DNA from: Blepharisma stoltei ATCC 30299
Lineage: Eukaryota > Protista > Ciliophora
Assembly (NCBI GenBank): GCA_965603825.1
Contig: CBFDEM010000046.1
Span: forward strand, 558,001 to 622,000
Direction: 5' to 3'
DNA: 64,000 bases
Every line of letters begins with the position of its first letter. The stretch's first letter is position 1. The notes beneath the pieces are model-generated. The model searched no databases. It was given only the letters and a program-made list of their open reading frames with translations, and had not been told where the DNA came from. The position numbers and the translations under genes were made by a program. Shown one piece after another: positions 12,824 to 27,894 of the stretch.

Positions 12824-13428
12824 TTAAGTTTATATAATAGGGTAAGATTAATTCTGTCATATGAATAAGGCTCGAAAAAGATTAATATATAATTTTGTAA
12901 AAGAGTTTTAAGGATTTGCAAATAGTGCCATATATTGTTTGCAGATAAAATAAAATTGATCTAAGAGGTAATAGCTTTTTTTATTTTAAAGTGGCTGATT
13001 AAATTCTATTCAAATTAATTTAATATAATATAAAAACTTTGTTATTTACTTTAAAAGAAAAAACTTAAGCGATGAGTTTATTAAGAAATTTTAATGTCCA
13101 ATTGATTATTTTAATTAGAGACTATCATGTGTGCAATAAAATATAAATCTTAAATAATTATTTGATATAAGCTTGATAAATTAATTAAAGCATAGCTAAT
13201 TGGTGAAATAAACAAGTTTTCATAATATAAAATGCTGATAAGTCAGAAAATTCAAAAACATTTAAATTTGCAGCAGGAGAACAAATATCATTATTTTTCC
13301 TCAGCCTTTTATTTCAAAAAATATTGCAAAAATTGCATAATTTATAATCTATTTCTAAGCATTTTAGTCAAAAATATATAGAATTACTCTCACTCAGTTA
13401 ACTATCGAAAACATATACTTTAATAATA

Positions 13429-14940
13429 ATGGAAGAAGAGAAAATTCATTTTAGTTTTTGGAAAAGAATCGAGAGCTCTAAAGGCATTTTTAAGCCAGGT
13501 GAACTTCTGGATCCTGAATCAGTTATTCTTAACAATCGTTTATTTATAACCGGAAGAGATTCAGAAAATAACCCAGTTGATTTAAGAGAATATGACTTTG
13601 GTACAATCTAATTAGAAAATGACACATGAGACGTTCATTCAGTCCAAGGCTTCCATCCCTGCACTGATGGCAATTCTACTATTTATTTGCTAATAATCCC
13701 TGACAACTCCGACTACAGATACCAAGTTATTGAATATTCTTTAGAAACCCTGACTGGCACTCTGATCGATACAACAGGTATCGCTCCAAAGAAAAGAAAA
13801 CCTACAGTAAGTTCTTTATATTTTCAAGGCTGTATTTATTTTTTTGGCGGAATGCAAATATATCGAGGAGATGCGACAGGGAGTTTTGTATATCGCTTAG
13901 ACTTAGAAACAAAAGAATGAAGCAATGTAGAATATTCAGGCCAATTCCCTGCTACAGTCCCTCATGCGCCACATACAGGTTGTAGATCAGGACACAGCAC
14001 TGTACTTGTAGGACACAAAGCATATATTTTTGGAGGGACTATGATAGAAGATTCTTTATTAAATGCTGAATGCTTGACTAGCTCAATTTTTGACAATTTG
14101 TAAGATATATACAGCAATACCAATGATTTGCATGAATTTGATATTTTGCAGTCGAGATGGAGCAAGATTGCGTATAAGCCGATAGCCTGCATGATACCAA
14201 CTATGACACAGCATGCAGCTGCAGCAAATCAACAATTTATGTATATTTATTATGAAGAAAAAATCTATCGATATGAATTTCAAACACAAAATTGTTATAA
14301 ATTGAAAAAAAGCTTAAAAGCTCCAAAATGCAAAGGCCAATGCACAATGCAATTAATTAATAATTACTTGTATTTGTTTGGGAATACTAATGAAGGAGCA
14401 ATGCTTTATAGGTTGAATTTAGGAAAAGGCTGGGTTTGGGTGCCTGGAGACACGATGCCAGACTATTCAGTAAGCTTTATTTAGAATTTCTTTAATCATC
14501 AGCCTACTTCAGACTTATTAGTAAAAGTTGGTGATCAAAAAATTTATGCCCATAAACAAGTTATGTGTAGGTTTTCAAGCTTGCTAAGAAGACAACTGAC
14601 TCCTGGGATTCGGACAATTTCTATTAGTGAATTTCCTTTTATAGTAATTAACATGCTTGTGGAGCAACTATACCAAGATTGCCAATTAGAACTGCCTAGA
14701 GAATTATCACATTTTTTGCAACTTTACAGAGCAGCACATTGGTTAGGCGTTGAAGAAATCGTGATGAGGTGCCAAAGTGCGTTAAATGTAAGTCCAGCTA
14801 ACTTAAGAGCTGTTATTGATTTAGTTGGTGACATCCCTTCAGCAAGACAAAAGTGTTTGGATTATGTAAAAACACATTTAAAGGAATCTGCTATGCTCCT
14901 TGCTCCTGAGCAACTTTCTGAATTGCTGCAGAATTTATAA
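13429..14940 (+). CDS. Kelch-repeat plus C-terminal BTB/POZ protein (LZTR1-like architecture), ~488 aa, 3 introns
   Basis: Kelch GG motifs (YFFGG, YIFGG) with Trp encoded by TGA (YDFENDTW 13627-13629; LDLETKEW 13918-13920). BTB start SDLLVKVGDQKIYAHKQVM. Introns 13601-13615, 14100-14114, 14470-14484. Confidence 0.9.
13601..13615 (+). other. 15-nt intron GTACAATCTAATTAG
   Basis: GT..AG, A10, removes in-frame TAA and restores kelch YDFENDTW. Confidence 0.9.
14100..14114 (+). other. 15-nt intron GTAAGATATATACAG
   Basis: GT..AG, A10, removes in-frame TAA and restores FNTNDLHEFD. Confidence 0.9.
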
Positions 14941-15684
14941 GAATGATCTTATCATAGTATTTGAATTAAACAAATTTAGTTTTATAATTTATATGAGAGG
15001 TATTAACACTCAAAAGATTATTTATTATGAAGAAAAAATCTATCGATATGAATTTCAAACACAAAATTGTTATAAATTGAAAAAAAGCTTAAAAGCTCCA
15101 AAATGCAAAGGCCAATGCACAATGCAATTAATTAATAATTACTTGTATTTGTTTGGGAATACTAATGAAGGAGCAATGCTTTATAGGTTGAATTTAGGAA
15201 AAGGCTGGGTTTGGGTGCCTGGAGACACGATGCCAGACTATTCAGTAAGCTTTATTTAGAATTTCTTTAATCATCAGCCTACTTCAGACTTATTAGTAAA
15301 AGTTGGTGATCAAAAAATTTATGCCCATAAACAAGTTATGTGTAGGTTTTCAAGCTTGCTAAGAAGACAACTGACTCCTGGGATTCGGACAATTTCTATT
15401 AGTGAATTTCCTTTTATAGTAATTAACATGCTTGTGGAGCAACTATACCAAGATTGCCAATTAGAACTGCCTAGAGAATTATCACATTTTTTGCAACTTT
15501 ACAGAGCAGCACATTGGTTAGGCGTTGAAGAAATCGTGATGAGGTGCCAAAGTGCGTTAAATGTAAGTCCAGCTAACTTAAGAGCTGTTATTGATTTAGT
15601 TGGTGACATCCATTCAGCAAGACAAAAGTGTTTGGATTATGTAAAAACACATTTAAAGGAATCTGCTATGCTCCTTGCTCCTGA
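14244..15684 (+). repeat. Direct 666-bp duplication: 14244-14909 and 15019-15684
   Basis: Offset 775 nt. I saw one mismatch (C14837 vs A15612, Pro to His). The intron is retained in both copies. Confidence 0.95.
14470..14484 (+). other. 15-nt intron GTAAGCTTTATTTAG (identical copy at 15245-15259)
   Basis: GT..AG, A10, in-frame TAG; removal joins the kelch region to the BTB domain. Confidence 0.9.
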
Positions 15685-15733
15685 CTCCCTGGTACCTGGC
15701 TGGCTCTACATAATGTGAGGAAAAAACATATAA
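14993..15733 (+). CDS. Putative truncated paralog (last kelch repeat plus BTB) formed by the duplication; may be non-functional
   Basis: ATG 14993 (MRGINTQKI) is in frame with the duplicated segment; intron 15245-15259; new tail DSLVPGWLYIMW(TGA)GKNI-TAA 15731-15733. Confidence 0.45.
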
Positions 15734-15743
15734 AAACAAAAAA

Positions 15744-16085
15744 ATGGTTTACTTGTGCACTTACTCTGAATGCAAGAAGAGACTAAGCTCAAAATACAAC
15801 CTTAAAAGGCATATAGAGTGTTGTCACAAGAAATTGAGGAGATTTGAATGCAATGTATGCTATAAAAAATTTTCATCTGCTCAAAATTTGAAGGAGCATA
15901 TGTTTCTTCATGAAGAAGCTCAGCAAGCAAAACTTTCACTTCCTGAGAATTACGTCCCAGAACGTGATATTTGTATCCCTAAACTCACAGATCTGGTCTT
16001 TTATTCTATTGATCCAGAAATCCGTCCATTGATAAAAGTGATTCGCTTCTATCCATATTCCCCAGTGACGGTAACTAAAATATAA
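15744..16085 (+). CDS. C2H2 zinc-finger protein (two fingers)
   Basis: CTYSECKKRLSSKYNLKRHIECCH and CNVCYKKFSSAQNLKEHMFLH. Confidence 0.9.
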   Translation: MVYLCTYSECKKRLSSKYNLKRHIECCHKKLRRFECNVCYKKFSSAQNLKEHMFLHEEAQQAKLSLPENYVPERDICIPKLTDLVFYSIDPEIRPLIKVIRFYPYSPVTVTKI

Positions 16086-16727
16086 CAATTTTAATTTAAA
16101 ATTATTCATAAATAATAAATTATGTTAGCTTCTTTATTGTTTCAATTTTTTAATTCTTTTCGGTTCCATGATTAAAGGAACAAATGAAATAACGGATAGC
16201 TGTAATTATTCAATAGAAAAGAGAGTAAAAATTCAGTAAAATTTTCTTGAAAAGATAATTTGCTATATAAATCTTATTTTAAGGATATAAATGAATTCAT
16301 TTGAAGCTTCATGCTTTTTCAATAAATAATAAAAATAATTTAGATTTAATTTTATGCTCAATAGCATACACAATCTTAAATTGCTTTATTATTTTAGCTG
16401 GTATCATTTTTATGAAATTTTAATTAATAAATTACTCTAATTAATCTTTTACTTATTAAAATTATAAATCTATATTAATATTGATTATGCATTTTCTTAT
16501 TTATAGTTTTTAAGATAACTTTATTTGCTATTTTTATTACTTATAACCTTTTAATTTATGTTTATTTAGATGCTTTCTTAATTAAAAATTCTTATTTATT
16601 TTTATTCAATTGTCATCATTGTTTATCAGCAGATCTAGAATTCCTGCAAATACATTTGGACTCAAAATCACAGCATCAATAAACTTTAGGCTTTTTTATG
16701 TTTATATAATAATGCAAAGTTATCATA

Positions 16728-17570
16728 ATGGCTCACGCAATACAGTACTCATAACTTAGGCAGCCTCAAGAGCTCTTACTTGAAAATGAGCAACTAAAAG
16801 CCAAACTTCTTGAAGCCACTACAATAATTGATGCTTTAAGAAAAGAAAATGCAGCATTAACGAAAAGATTAAACTCCTTTTTGAATACCCAAGTAATTCA
16901 AGGAGACTCTACTTTTGTAACTAACAGTGGAGACTTAGCAGCTCAATGTGACAATTGTGGACAAGAAATCCCTAGACAAAATATACAAATTCATACAGCG
17001 CAATGCATAAGAAGAATCAAAAGGTGCCAAGCATGCAATAAAGCAATAAATATATCAGAAATTGATGCCCATATGAAAGAACAGATCGGAGAGTTCAAAG
17101 ATATTATAGCAGACATCGAAAGTAACAATATTGAAAGTCTAAGCCAAAGGGAAGCCCATGGTGCAAAATTTGATATTAAAGACGATAATCAAAATTCTCT
17201 ATTGCATGTTGCTTCTAGGTGTGGGAATCGAGAAATTGCTCATTTTCTAATTAGCAGAGGTGCTGGCGTAAACTCACAGAATATTTTTGGAGAAACTCCA
17301 CTGCATTTAGTGTGCGGGAAAAATAAAGATATTGGCATGGTACAATTTTTGCTAACTCAAGGGGCTGATTCAGGAATAGTTAACACTATAGGCGAATCCC
17401 CACAATCTATAGCTCAGCGGAGTGGATTTCATGAAGCATCAATTTGTTTTTCTCAGCATACGCATGCACCGATTCGGCCGAGGACTTCAGCAGGTGGGAT
17501 CCGAGCAAAAACACATAGTTCTTCTAGAAGGGGTTCAGGACCATCTAATAACCCGCCTTTTAATTTATAA
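16728..17570 (+). CDS. Coiled-coil, TRAF-type zinc finger and ankyrin-repeat protein; 1 intron
   Basis: ATG 16728 plus intron 16745-16759 gives MAHAIQQPQELLLENEQLK...; CDNC..H...C..CQAC..H; ankyrin repeats SLLHVAS, GETPLHLVC. Confidence 0.85.
16745..16759 (+). other. 15-nt intron GTACTCATAACTTAG
   Basis: GT..AG, A10, removes in-frame TAA and links the ATG to the downstream ORF. Confidence 0.82.
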
Positions 17571-17648
17571 AAGTTATGCATAATCCTAGTAATTGAAAAA
17601 CTATCATTCAGATTCCATCAAATGGAGATAGAGAAACTGACAAAATAA

Positions 17649-18539
17649 ATGGCAGCAACTAATTTCATTGAAAGATTCAAGAATAAAGTCTCAACGATCG
17701 GTAAATCTGGGGAAATCGAATTTGATTCATCAAGGCCTGCTCTTAAAGCAAATAGTGCCCAATTCCACAAATCAATAATGCAGCTATCCGCATCAAATAT
17801 CATAAGAAACAATCTTCAATCACCGAAGGTAAAAACTTTTGTATCATCTAGGCCTGTAAAATTGACTGCAAAAGATGATAGTCCAACATCTCCTAAATCA
17901 CATGCTGGGACTTTTCAAAACTATAAGCCAGACACTATTAGTGAAGCAACGACAAATACCCCGAAACCTACCTTAAAAGAGCAAAAAATAAAAAGAAAGT
18001 CAAGCCACTCAGCAGCCCCACTGAGAAATAAACAATCAAACGAAGCCCCTAAGTCTAGTGATGGTGCAACTCAATCTTTTGAAACGAGATATGTAAAAAA
18101 ACAGCAAACTATTGATTTTTCGCCTTATACACTTAATGATTACCACATGATAAAAAGTGATGAATATTACGAATTAGGAGGACTTGGCTGCGCAACTGTA
18201 GGGACTGAAGAGTGGACTAAAAGAAAAGAAATGCAAGACAGAAGAAAAGACTATGCAAGGCAAGTTAAGTATACGAACGCTGCGAATTTGCCTCCATCTG
18301 GAGCAAGAAAATCACTTAAATCAATAGAAAAAGAGCCCAGCAAGATGCAGAAAGCAAATGAATTTGCGAAAAATATTCCGAAGCCAAAATTAAGAAGTCC
18401 ACCAATGGATGTAAAGAGTACTCCATTGGAAGTAAAAGAAAGCTCTAGCGAAAAAACCTTTGGTCAATTAGAGTATCATCTTGATAAGCATGATAATTAT
18501 AGGGCTCTTATTGATGAAATCAAGGCAGATCTTGATTAA
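17649..18539 (+). CDS. Jhy-like (ciliogenesis) protein
   Basis: C-terminal PYTLNDY...ELGGLG...RKDYARQVK...KANEFAKNIPKPK resembles the conserved JHY C-terminal domain (recalled motif, not searched). Confidence 0.7.
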   Translation: MAATNFIERFKNKVSTIGKSGEIEFDSSRPALKANSAQFHKSIMQLSASNIIRNNLQSPKVKTFVSSRPVKLTAKDDSPTSPKSHAGTFQNYKPDTISEATTNTPKPTLKEQKIKRKSSHSAAPLRNKQSNEAPKSSDGATQSFETRYVKKQQTIDFSPYTLNDYHMIKSDEYYELGGLGCATVGTEEWTKRKEMQDRRKDYARQVKYTNAANLPPSGARKSLKSIEKEPSKMQKANEFAKNIPKPKLRSPPMDVKSTPLEVKESSSEKTFGQLEYHLDKHDNYRALIDEIKADLD

Positions 18540-19584
18540 AGTTTTATGTTTCTAATAATTTAAAGCAATACAATTTAAAAAATAGGTGGGTTCATCTTTA
18601 TAAGTATTATTTTTATTCTTCGTTGTCAAAAGAAATCCATGCATTGCATCATATTTAAGTATTAATATTGTACAAATTTTCAGTTTTGAGAAGAAATTAT
18701 TTAAGGATAGAGACTGCTAGGAATCTAGGAGGGTTAGAGACGAAGGAAATTTAAGTGTCAAAAGTAATAGGTTAGATTTTATTAATTATTTCTGTTTCAA
18801 AGATCATTAATGAAAGTTAAGATGAAGATTTGTATATGAAAAAGAAAAATTAAAGACCATTTGCTAGATAATGATTGATGATAAAATTATGATGAAGGGC
18901 TATCTTTTATAAATAACTTACTGACTGAAATATAATTAAGCGAGATTACTATTTTATGTGTGCTTACAACACTTTACTAATTTCTACTTTCATATGTATG
19001 TTTTAAATTTACTAAATGTTTATAATGAAGTCTTCAGCTGAATCAATTAAATTAAAATTTTTCAATTATAAACACTATATAAAAGTTAAATGCCTCTTCA
19101 AAATATCAAAAAAATCTACATGCCATTTGAAGGAAGTAATAAAATTATCTTTAAACTAGCAAAATTTCTCTTTTATCAACTACTAAAAGAAATAAGCGAC
19201 TCATTAATGAATTTATTCACAAATCCTATACTTTAGCAATTCATTTGAATTTCCTTTTCTGCTCTATCTTTCCTAAAATATTTTCTGATAAATTTCGGAA
19301 AATTTATCTGAAAATGATAATTCTTAGGAATCTCTTTTCTTTTATATCTTGCAGCTTCTATTATCGAAGTAAAGCTAAATATCATATATATTTACACATA
19401 TTACCCAACTTTCATATAATTCTATAAGAAATGCTTATCTTCAACACTTGGCTACCAAGCCTACACCTTTCCTCAACCTAAAATAAATAATCCCCTATCA
19501 CACTCTTTTCCTTCAATAATCAATTAAATCACCTTAGCACCCAATAAATAACCCATAAATATGATGAATTCTTGGTCTCTATAA

Positions 19585-21987
<2,403 letters not shown>

Positions 21988-22069
21988 ACCAACCATTTCT
22001 AGAATATTTGCATTTTTAATAAAGCCTTAAGTAATGGAATTATAAAAGTGAAAATTCTATTATTTTTTG

Positions 22070-25000
22070 ATGAATGAATCATTTCTACGCCAAACTAGAT
22101 ATTTAGTAACCTTCAAACCTCATATTTCAAAGCATAGCGTTGGACTATTTGATGAGACTTTGGTAAAGCCTGGAGCACCAATTTCAATATATCGTTTGGT
22201 TTTTACTTTTGAGGTGAAATATCAGCATGATCGAGATCACAACTTTGATTGATTTATAAGGCGAACTTTTTGTGAGTTCCAAGAGCTTCATCAAAACCTG
22301 CTGAAAGAAATATCTAGAGGAAACATGCTGACAGTGCCTCTGTTTCCGGACGGTGAACAATTTTTATCATCAACTCCAGATATACAGCTTGAATATTTAG
22401 AGAACTATTTACTTGCATTAACAGGTCAAATTGATGCATGCAATAATCCTGAATTTTGAAGCTTCTTAGAAGTCAGCGCACTCTCATTTGATGGGGCAAG
22501 CAAAAAGCGTAAAGAAGGCTACGTCCTTAAAAGAACAGGAGGAAGAATTAGTAACGAAAGAAGGTGCTTTAACTGTTCTAAGCATTTTAAAAGACTTCAA
22601 AAGCGCTGAATGATTATCAGAGATAATATGGTTGGGTATTTATCAACTCATATAAGAGATACACTTCATGAGGTGCTTATGTTCAAAGGGAGATTTGAAG
22701 TAGAATATGGGCTAAAAGAAACAGGATATGAAGATGGCATTAGAATTATTACGCTTAGAAGAGATTTTATATTCAGAGCTGGGAGCATTTTAAAAAGAAA
22801 TGAATGAGTAGAGTCTATTCAAGAAGCTTATAATCAGTCAGAATGGCACAATGAAATCATCAGATATGAGTCTTCTTTTCCAGTGAGGAATAATAATTAT
22901 GTTAAATGATATATTGACGCAAGATTTTATTTCAATGAAGTCTACGAAACTTTAAAACGTGCCCAACGTGAAGTTTTCATATCAGACTGATGGCTAAGCC
23001 CTGAACTTTACTTAAAAAGGCCTTCCAAAAAGTTTGATTATTCCCAAGTATGTGAAATCTTAGGAGCTTTGGCAGATAGAGGTGTAACCGTTTATGTTCA
23101 CGTCTATAAAGAAGTATCTTTAGCGTTAACCATAAACTCTTTACACACAAAAAACACTCTTCAGCGGAGAAACCCAAACATAAGAGTTGTTAGACACCCA
23201 CACCGATCTGCAGTCGGTGGAGAATTCCTTTGAACTCATCATGAAAAAATAGTCTGTATTGACCAAGAAATTGCATTTATAGGAGGGCTTGATTTATGCT
23301 ATGGTAGAATGGACACAAATGAGCACCTTTTAACTGATTTGCAAGAGCCTTATTTTTGGAATGGCATTGACTATTCTAATGTCAGAATCGCTGACTTCTC
23401 AGAAGTGGCAAATCATGAAAGAGATATTATTGATAGAAATACGCACCCAAGGATGCCTTGACATGATGTCGCTTTAAAAGTTGTAGGAAAAGCGGCTGCA
23501 GATATAGGAATGCATTTTATTGAGCTGTGAAACCATGTGATGACTGATATAACTGGAGCATATTATAAAAATAAAGACTTACTGCAGCCTAACTATTCTA
23601 ATAACCGTAGAGGTGGGAAAAAAAGATCAGTTGTAGAAATGAGTAGGCCGATATCAGTAAACAGCTCATTATCATTTCTTAAAGAAGAAGCCAAAGAAGA
23701 GCCACAGAGTATAAGTGAAAGCTTGGAAAGTTCTTGCCCAGCGATGCAGAGAAGCAAATCCCATGGATTTCCTGAAAATTTGTTTCAAGAACAGATAAGA
23801 GAAAGAGGGACTTTATCATTGTCAGGGCCATCAAGAAGGATTAATGTTGCTGAACTTGATAAGAAAATTGAGGAAGAAAACAATCAGTCTATTGATACAG
23901 CAATTCATATAGATAGGACTCCATTGGATTCTAACACAAAAAAAGCTGTCAATAATTTAATTTCAAAAGGAGGAGGAATAATTGAAGAAAGCACTGACAG
24001 GAAAATGAGTGTCGTAGGTGACCAACTTACAGTTGTAAGTCCGCTCAGAAAAAACACACAAAGTATAGTCCTTAGCCCGATAACTGACCATCAAAGACAA
24101 ATCCGAGAAAAATTAGAAGCAGAAGATGAGGCCAAGCTACAGAAAGAACTCGAAGCTGACCAAGAAGAAGGCGACGAAGCATTTTCAAAAAATCTGCTCC
24201 ACCCAAAAATGAAAGAGCTCGGACAAACAGGTACATGTGAATGCCAGGTATTAAGAAGTGCAGGCTTATGATCCTTAGGCCTTGAGCACACTGAGCATTC
24301 AATCCACACCGCATATCTAAATTTAATCGACCAAGCTGACCATTTTATTTACATTGAAAACCAGTTTTTCATATCCAGCACTGCTGGAAACCCAGTGAAA
24401 AATCAAATTTCTCAAGCCTTGGTTGAAAGAATTAAATGCGCAGCTAAAAGAAAAGAAAAATTCAAAGTAATTGTAGTCTGTCCTTTATTGCCAGGCTTTG
24501 AAGGCTCCATAAATGACCCTGGAGCAGCTGTATTGCGTGTTCAGCTCCATTGGGAGTATCAAACGATATGCCGAGGTATAAATTCTTTATATGAGCAGCT
24601 AAAAAGTGACGAAAATATTTATGATCCTTTAGAGTATATACGATTTTATGGGCTCAGAACTCATGATATGCTCAACGATACCCCAGTCACTGAAATCGTA
24701 TATGTCCATAGTAAACTTATGATTATTGACGACGATATTGTATTAATGGGCTCTGCTAACATTAATGACAGAAGCCTATTAGGGTCAAATGATAGTGAAA
24801 TTGCTATGATAATTTCAGACCAAAAAAAGAAACAAAGTATAATGAATGGTCAGCCAAAAAATAAATCGTGTTTTGCTTATACGCTGAGGATTTCGCTATT
24901 TAAAGAAATCTTAGGAATTGATGATGAAGCGATAATAGAGGACCCGCTGAGTGAGGCGTTTGATGAATTAATGTGATCGACCGCGTCAAGCAATACTGCA

Positions 25001-25222
25001 TTGTATAAACATATATTTAGATGTTATCCGGATAATGAAATTTTGAGAATTAGTGATATTGTGGGTTTTGAGTCTCAGGCTCAGATGAATGATTATGTGG
25101 TATTGAGGGAAAATTTCAAAGGGTTTATAGTAGATTTCCCAATGGATTTCTTGAGGGATGAAGATTTGAGGATTTCGATTTTTCATAAGGAATATTATAT
25201 CCCTGATGTCAATTTTGTATAA
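22070..25222 (+). CDS. Phospholipase D (PX-PH-HKD-HKD type), ~1050 aa
   Basis: One frame with 11 TGA=Trp. PX ([14 protein letters not shown]), [70 protein letters not shown] (W* = TGA). Confidence 0.95.
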
Positions 25223-25417
25223 AAAGAAATGGCATCAATATGATTTTGTAGCAAATAAAGTAAATTCGTTATTCCAATATAAAATTGCTCAGGCTTGTAT
25301 AATATAGCTTCTTAAAATTTTATTATTGTCCACTATTTATGTATAGTATATATCAAATTTATGCATTTATTCTTAATTTTTATTAATTTTACTGTAAAAA
25401 TGTTATTTATTGAAAAA

Positions 25418-26869
25418 TTAAGCCAAATTTCTATCCAAAATAGAATTGCTGCATCTAAAAGTTACTGTGGATTTTGAAAAGTCACCATTTAACACAGTAT
25501 CTTGCGTATTTGGCCTTGTAATAGATAGTGTAGACATTTTCCTAAACAAATTACTATTTTCTTGCTCTTCAAAAGCCTTATTAATTTGCCACTCATCCAA
25601 TATTTTTCTATTTTTAATTTTTTCTGGCCTGACTTCAGTTAATGTTCCATTTGCTTTTCTGGCTAAAATTACAATATAAAGGATTGATGAGAGTGCAAAA
25701 CATAAAAATCCTGCTAAAGAAAGGGTTGCCCCTTGCTCAGCACAAAACGATATATCATTATCTCCTGCTTTTATTCTGCAAGTTGAACTAAAAGACGCCC
25801 CAGATACTATAAACCAGCTTATATTTCCACAAAGGTTCGCAATGGTTGTGAAAATTGGCCAAAAATAATTTAAGCAAAAGATCCCAAAGTTAATTTTTAG
25901 AGCCAAACAAATAAGATGCTCTATCCATATAAGCAAAAAAGCATATGAAACAAAATTGATACCCAAATAATAGTAGCTTGCGGATCCTAATTTGTGAAAA
26001 GCATTGCAATCTCTTATTGAGTTAGTATACTGTGGAGTAATTGCGCAGTTTGGACCACTAATACACATATAATCAAGCTGGCTGTATTCTTCATATTTAT
26101 TCATGCTCATTAGACTACCATAAATTCTGTTAGGACTATGATAGCTGATCCAATCCCATCAATGTCCCATAACTGTAAAGCAAATTGCTAATAAAACCAT
26201 AGGAGTTGCTTTTATTAAAAATCATGAGTCATAATTTCCAAATCTCAGAGTCTCTTTTATTTTTTTTTCATTTGATTTGTCTCTGGATTTTAAAATAATA
26301 ACAGTAAGCATTGCACATAATCACGAAATCAGTGAAGATTCTATTAAAAACCAGGGGCCTTTTTCATTGCATATTTCATGATCACTATTGCAATTAGAAC
26401 TAAGGTTTGTGCTGCTTAGAATAATATAAGTTCCAATTCCAATAAGCTTGGCGATTGCTGGAATAATCGAAAATGCATAGAATACTATAATATTTCCATA
26501 AGATTTTCTTAAAGACATATAAAACAGCCTTTCAAATAATAGTAAAGAAAAAGCTGTGCCAAATCCTTCAAATACTAAAAGTACAATTTTTGCTTTGTTT
26601 AAGAGTTGAGCTTTATCACAAAGAGAATCTTTTTCAGTATCATTGCATGTAAGTGATCCTAAACATGAGTAATTTGTATGGGCATACTCAGCAGGACACT
26701 TTTCACAATCGAAAAGCCCATAATGAAAATTTTGTTCCATAAATGAAAATGATGTCCATTCTGACATGAAAATGCCTACTATAGATAGGATTCATTCAAC
26801 AATTATAAAGAGTAAGGTCATAAAAGTAAGTAAGGCTATAAGGGTAGTTTTTTTGAATTTTATACCCAT
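25418..26869 (-). CDS. Multi-pass membrane protein with two tandem 4-TM claudin-like units, ~483 aa
   Basis: ATG 26869. TGA=Trp at 26792, 26321, 26222 and 26159 joins the track ORFs. Each half shows TM, a W...GL/GSL..C Cys-rich loop, then three TMs. Confidence 0.72.
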
Positions 26870-27332
26870 TTCAAGTTATATTTGCAAGCCATCGAAAATG
26901 ACAATAAAAGATGAAAAACTCATTATAATTGTTTAAGTAGCAGGAGAGTTTTGGCTTGCTATAAATTTCTAATTTGATTTAATTAGAGGCATTAGTTTAC
27001 AGAAATAAACATGAGCAGCAAATGGAATGGAAAGAATTTTTTGAAAAACAATCAAGAGCTAATTTTCCATACATAAAATACCTTAAAATGCATTTAATTG
27101 ATTAGATTAGGATTTATATATAAACTTTCAAATTATTGTTTATTTTTGTAACAGACTTTTACTCTTGGAAGTATTTGTATTCTAAAAATTTTTAAAAAGA
27201 TTTTTTATGGATTCTGTGGCATCATTTAATAAATTGGTATTAAAGATGAATTGTATAGAGGTCAAGTAAAGTCGCAAATGAATTTTCTAAATAGTCATAA
27301 TTTCATATCTACTTATATGAGTTTAGGCATAA

Positions 27333-27742
<410 letters not shown>

Positions 27743-27894
27743 GTTCCTAAACAATCTATCTGTTATATTTTAATATTCCTTAAATACCTCTAGCAATATT
27801 CTAATATCCTTTTCTCCTTATCTAAAAATATTTACATAAAGCTCGTCTGAGAAAAAATTTTCAATAAATGTAAAACACGTGTTTATAATAAAAT

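Noticed and set aside
15685-16085. Fusion of the duplicated BTB copy to the downstream C2H2 gene via TGA readthrough
   Set aside because: After TGA 15716-15718 the frame meets TAA at 15731-15733, and the C2H2 ATG is in another frame.
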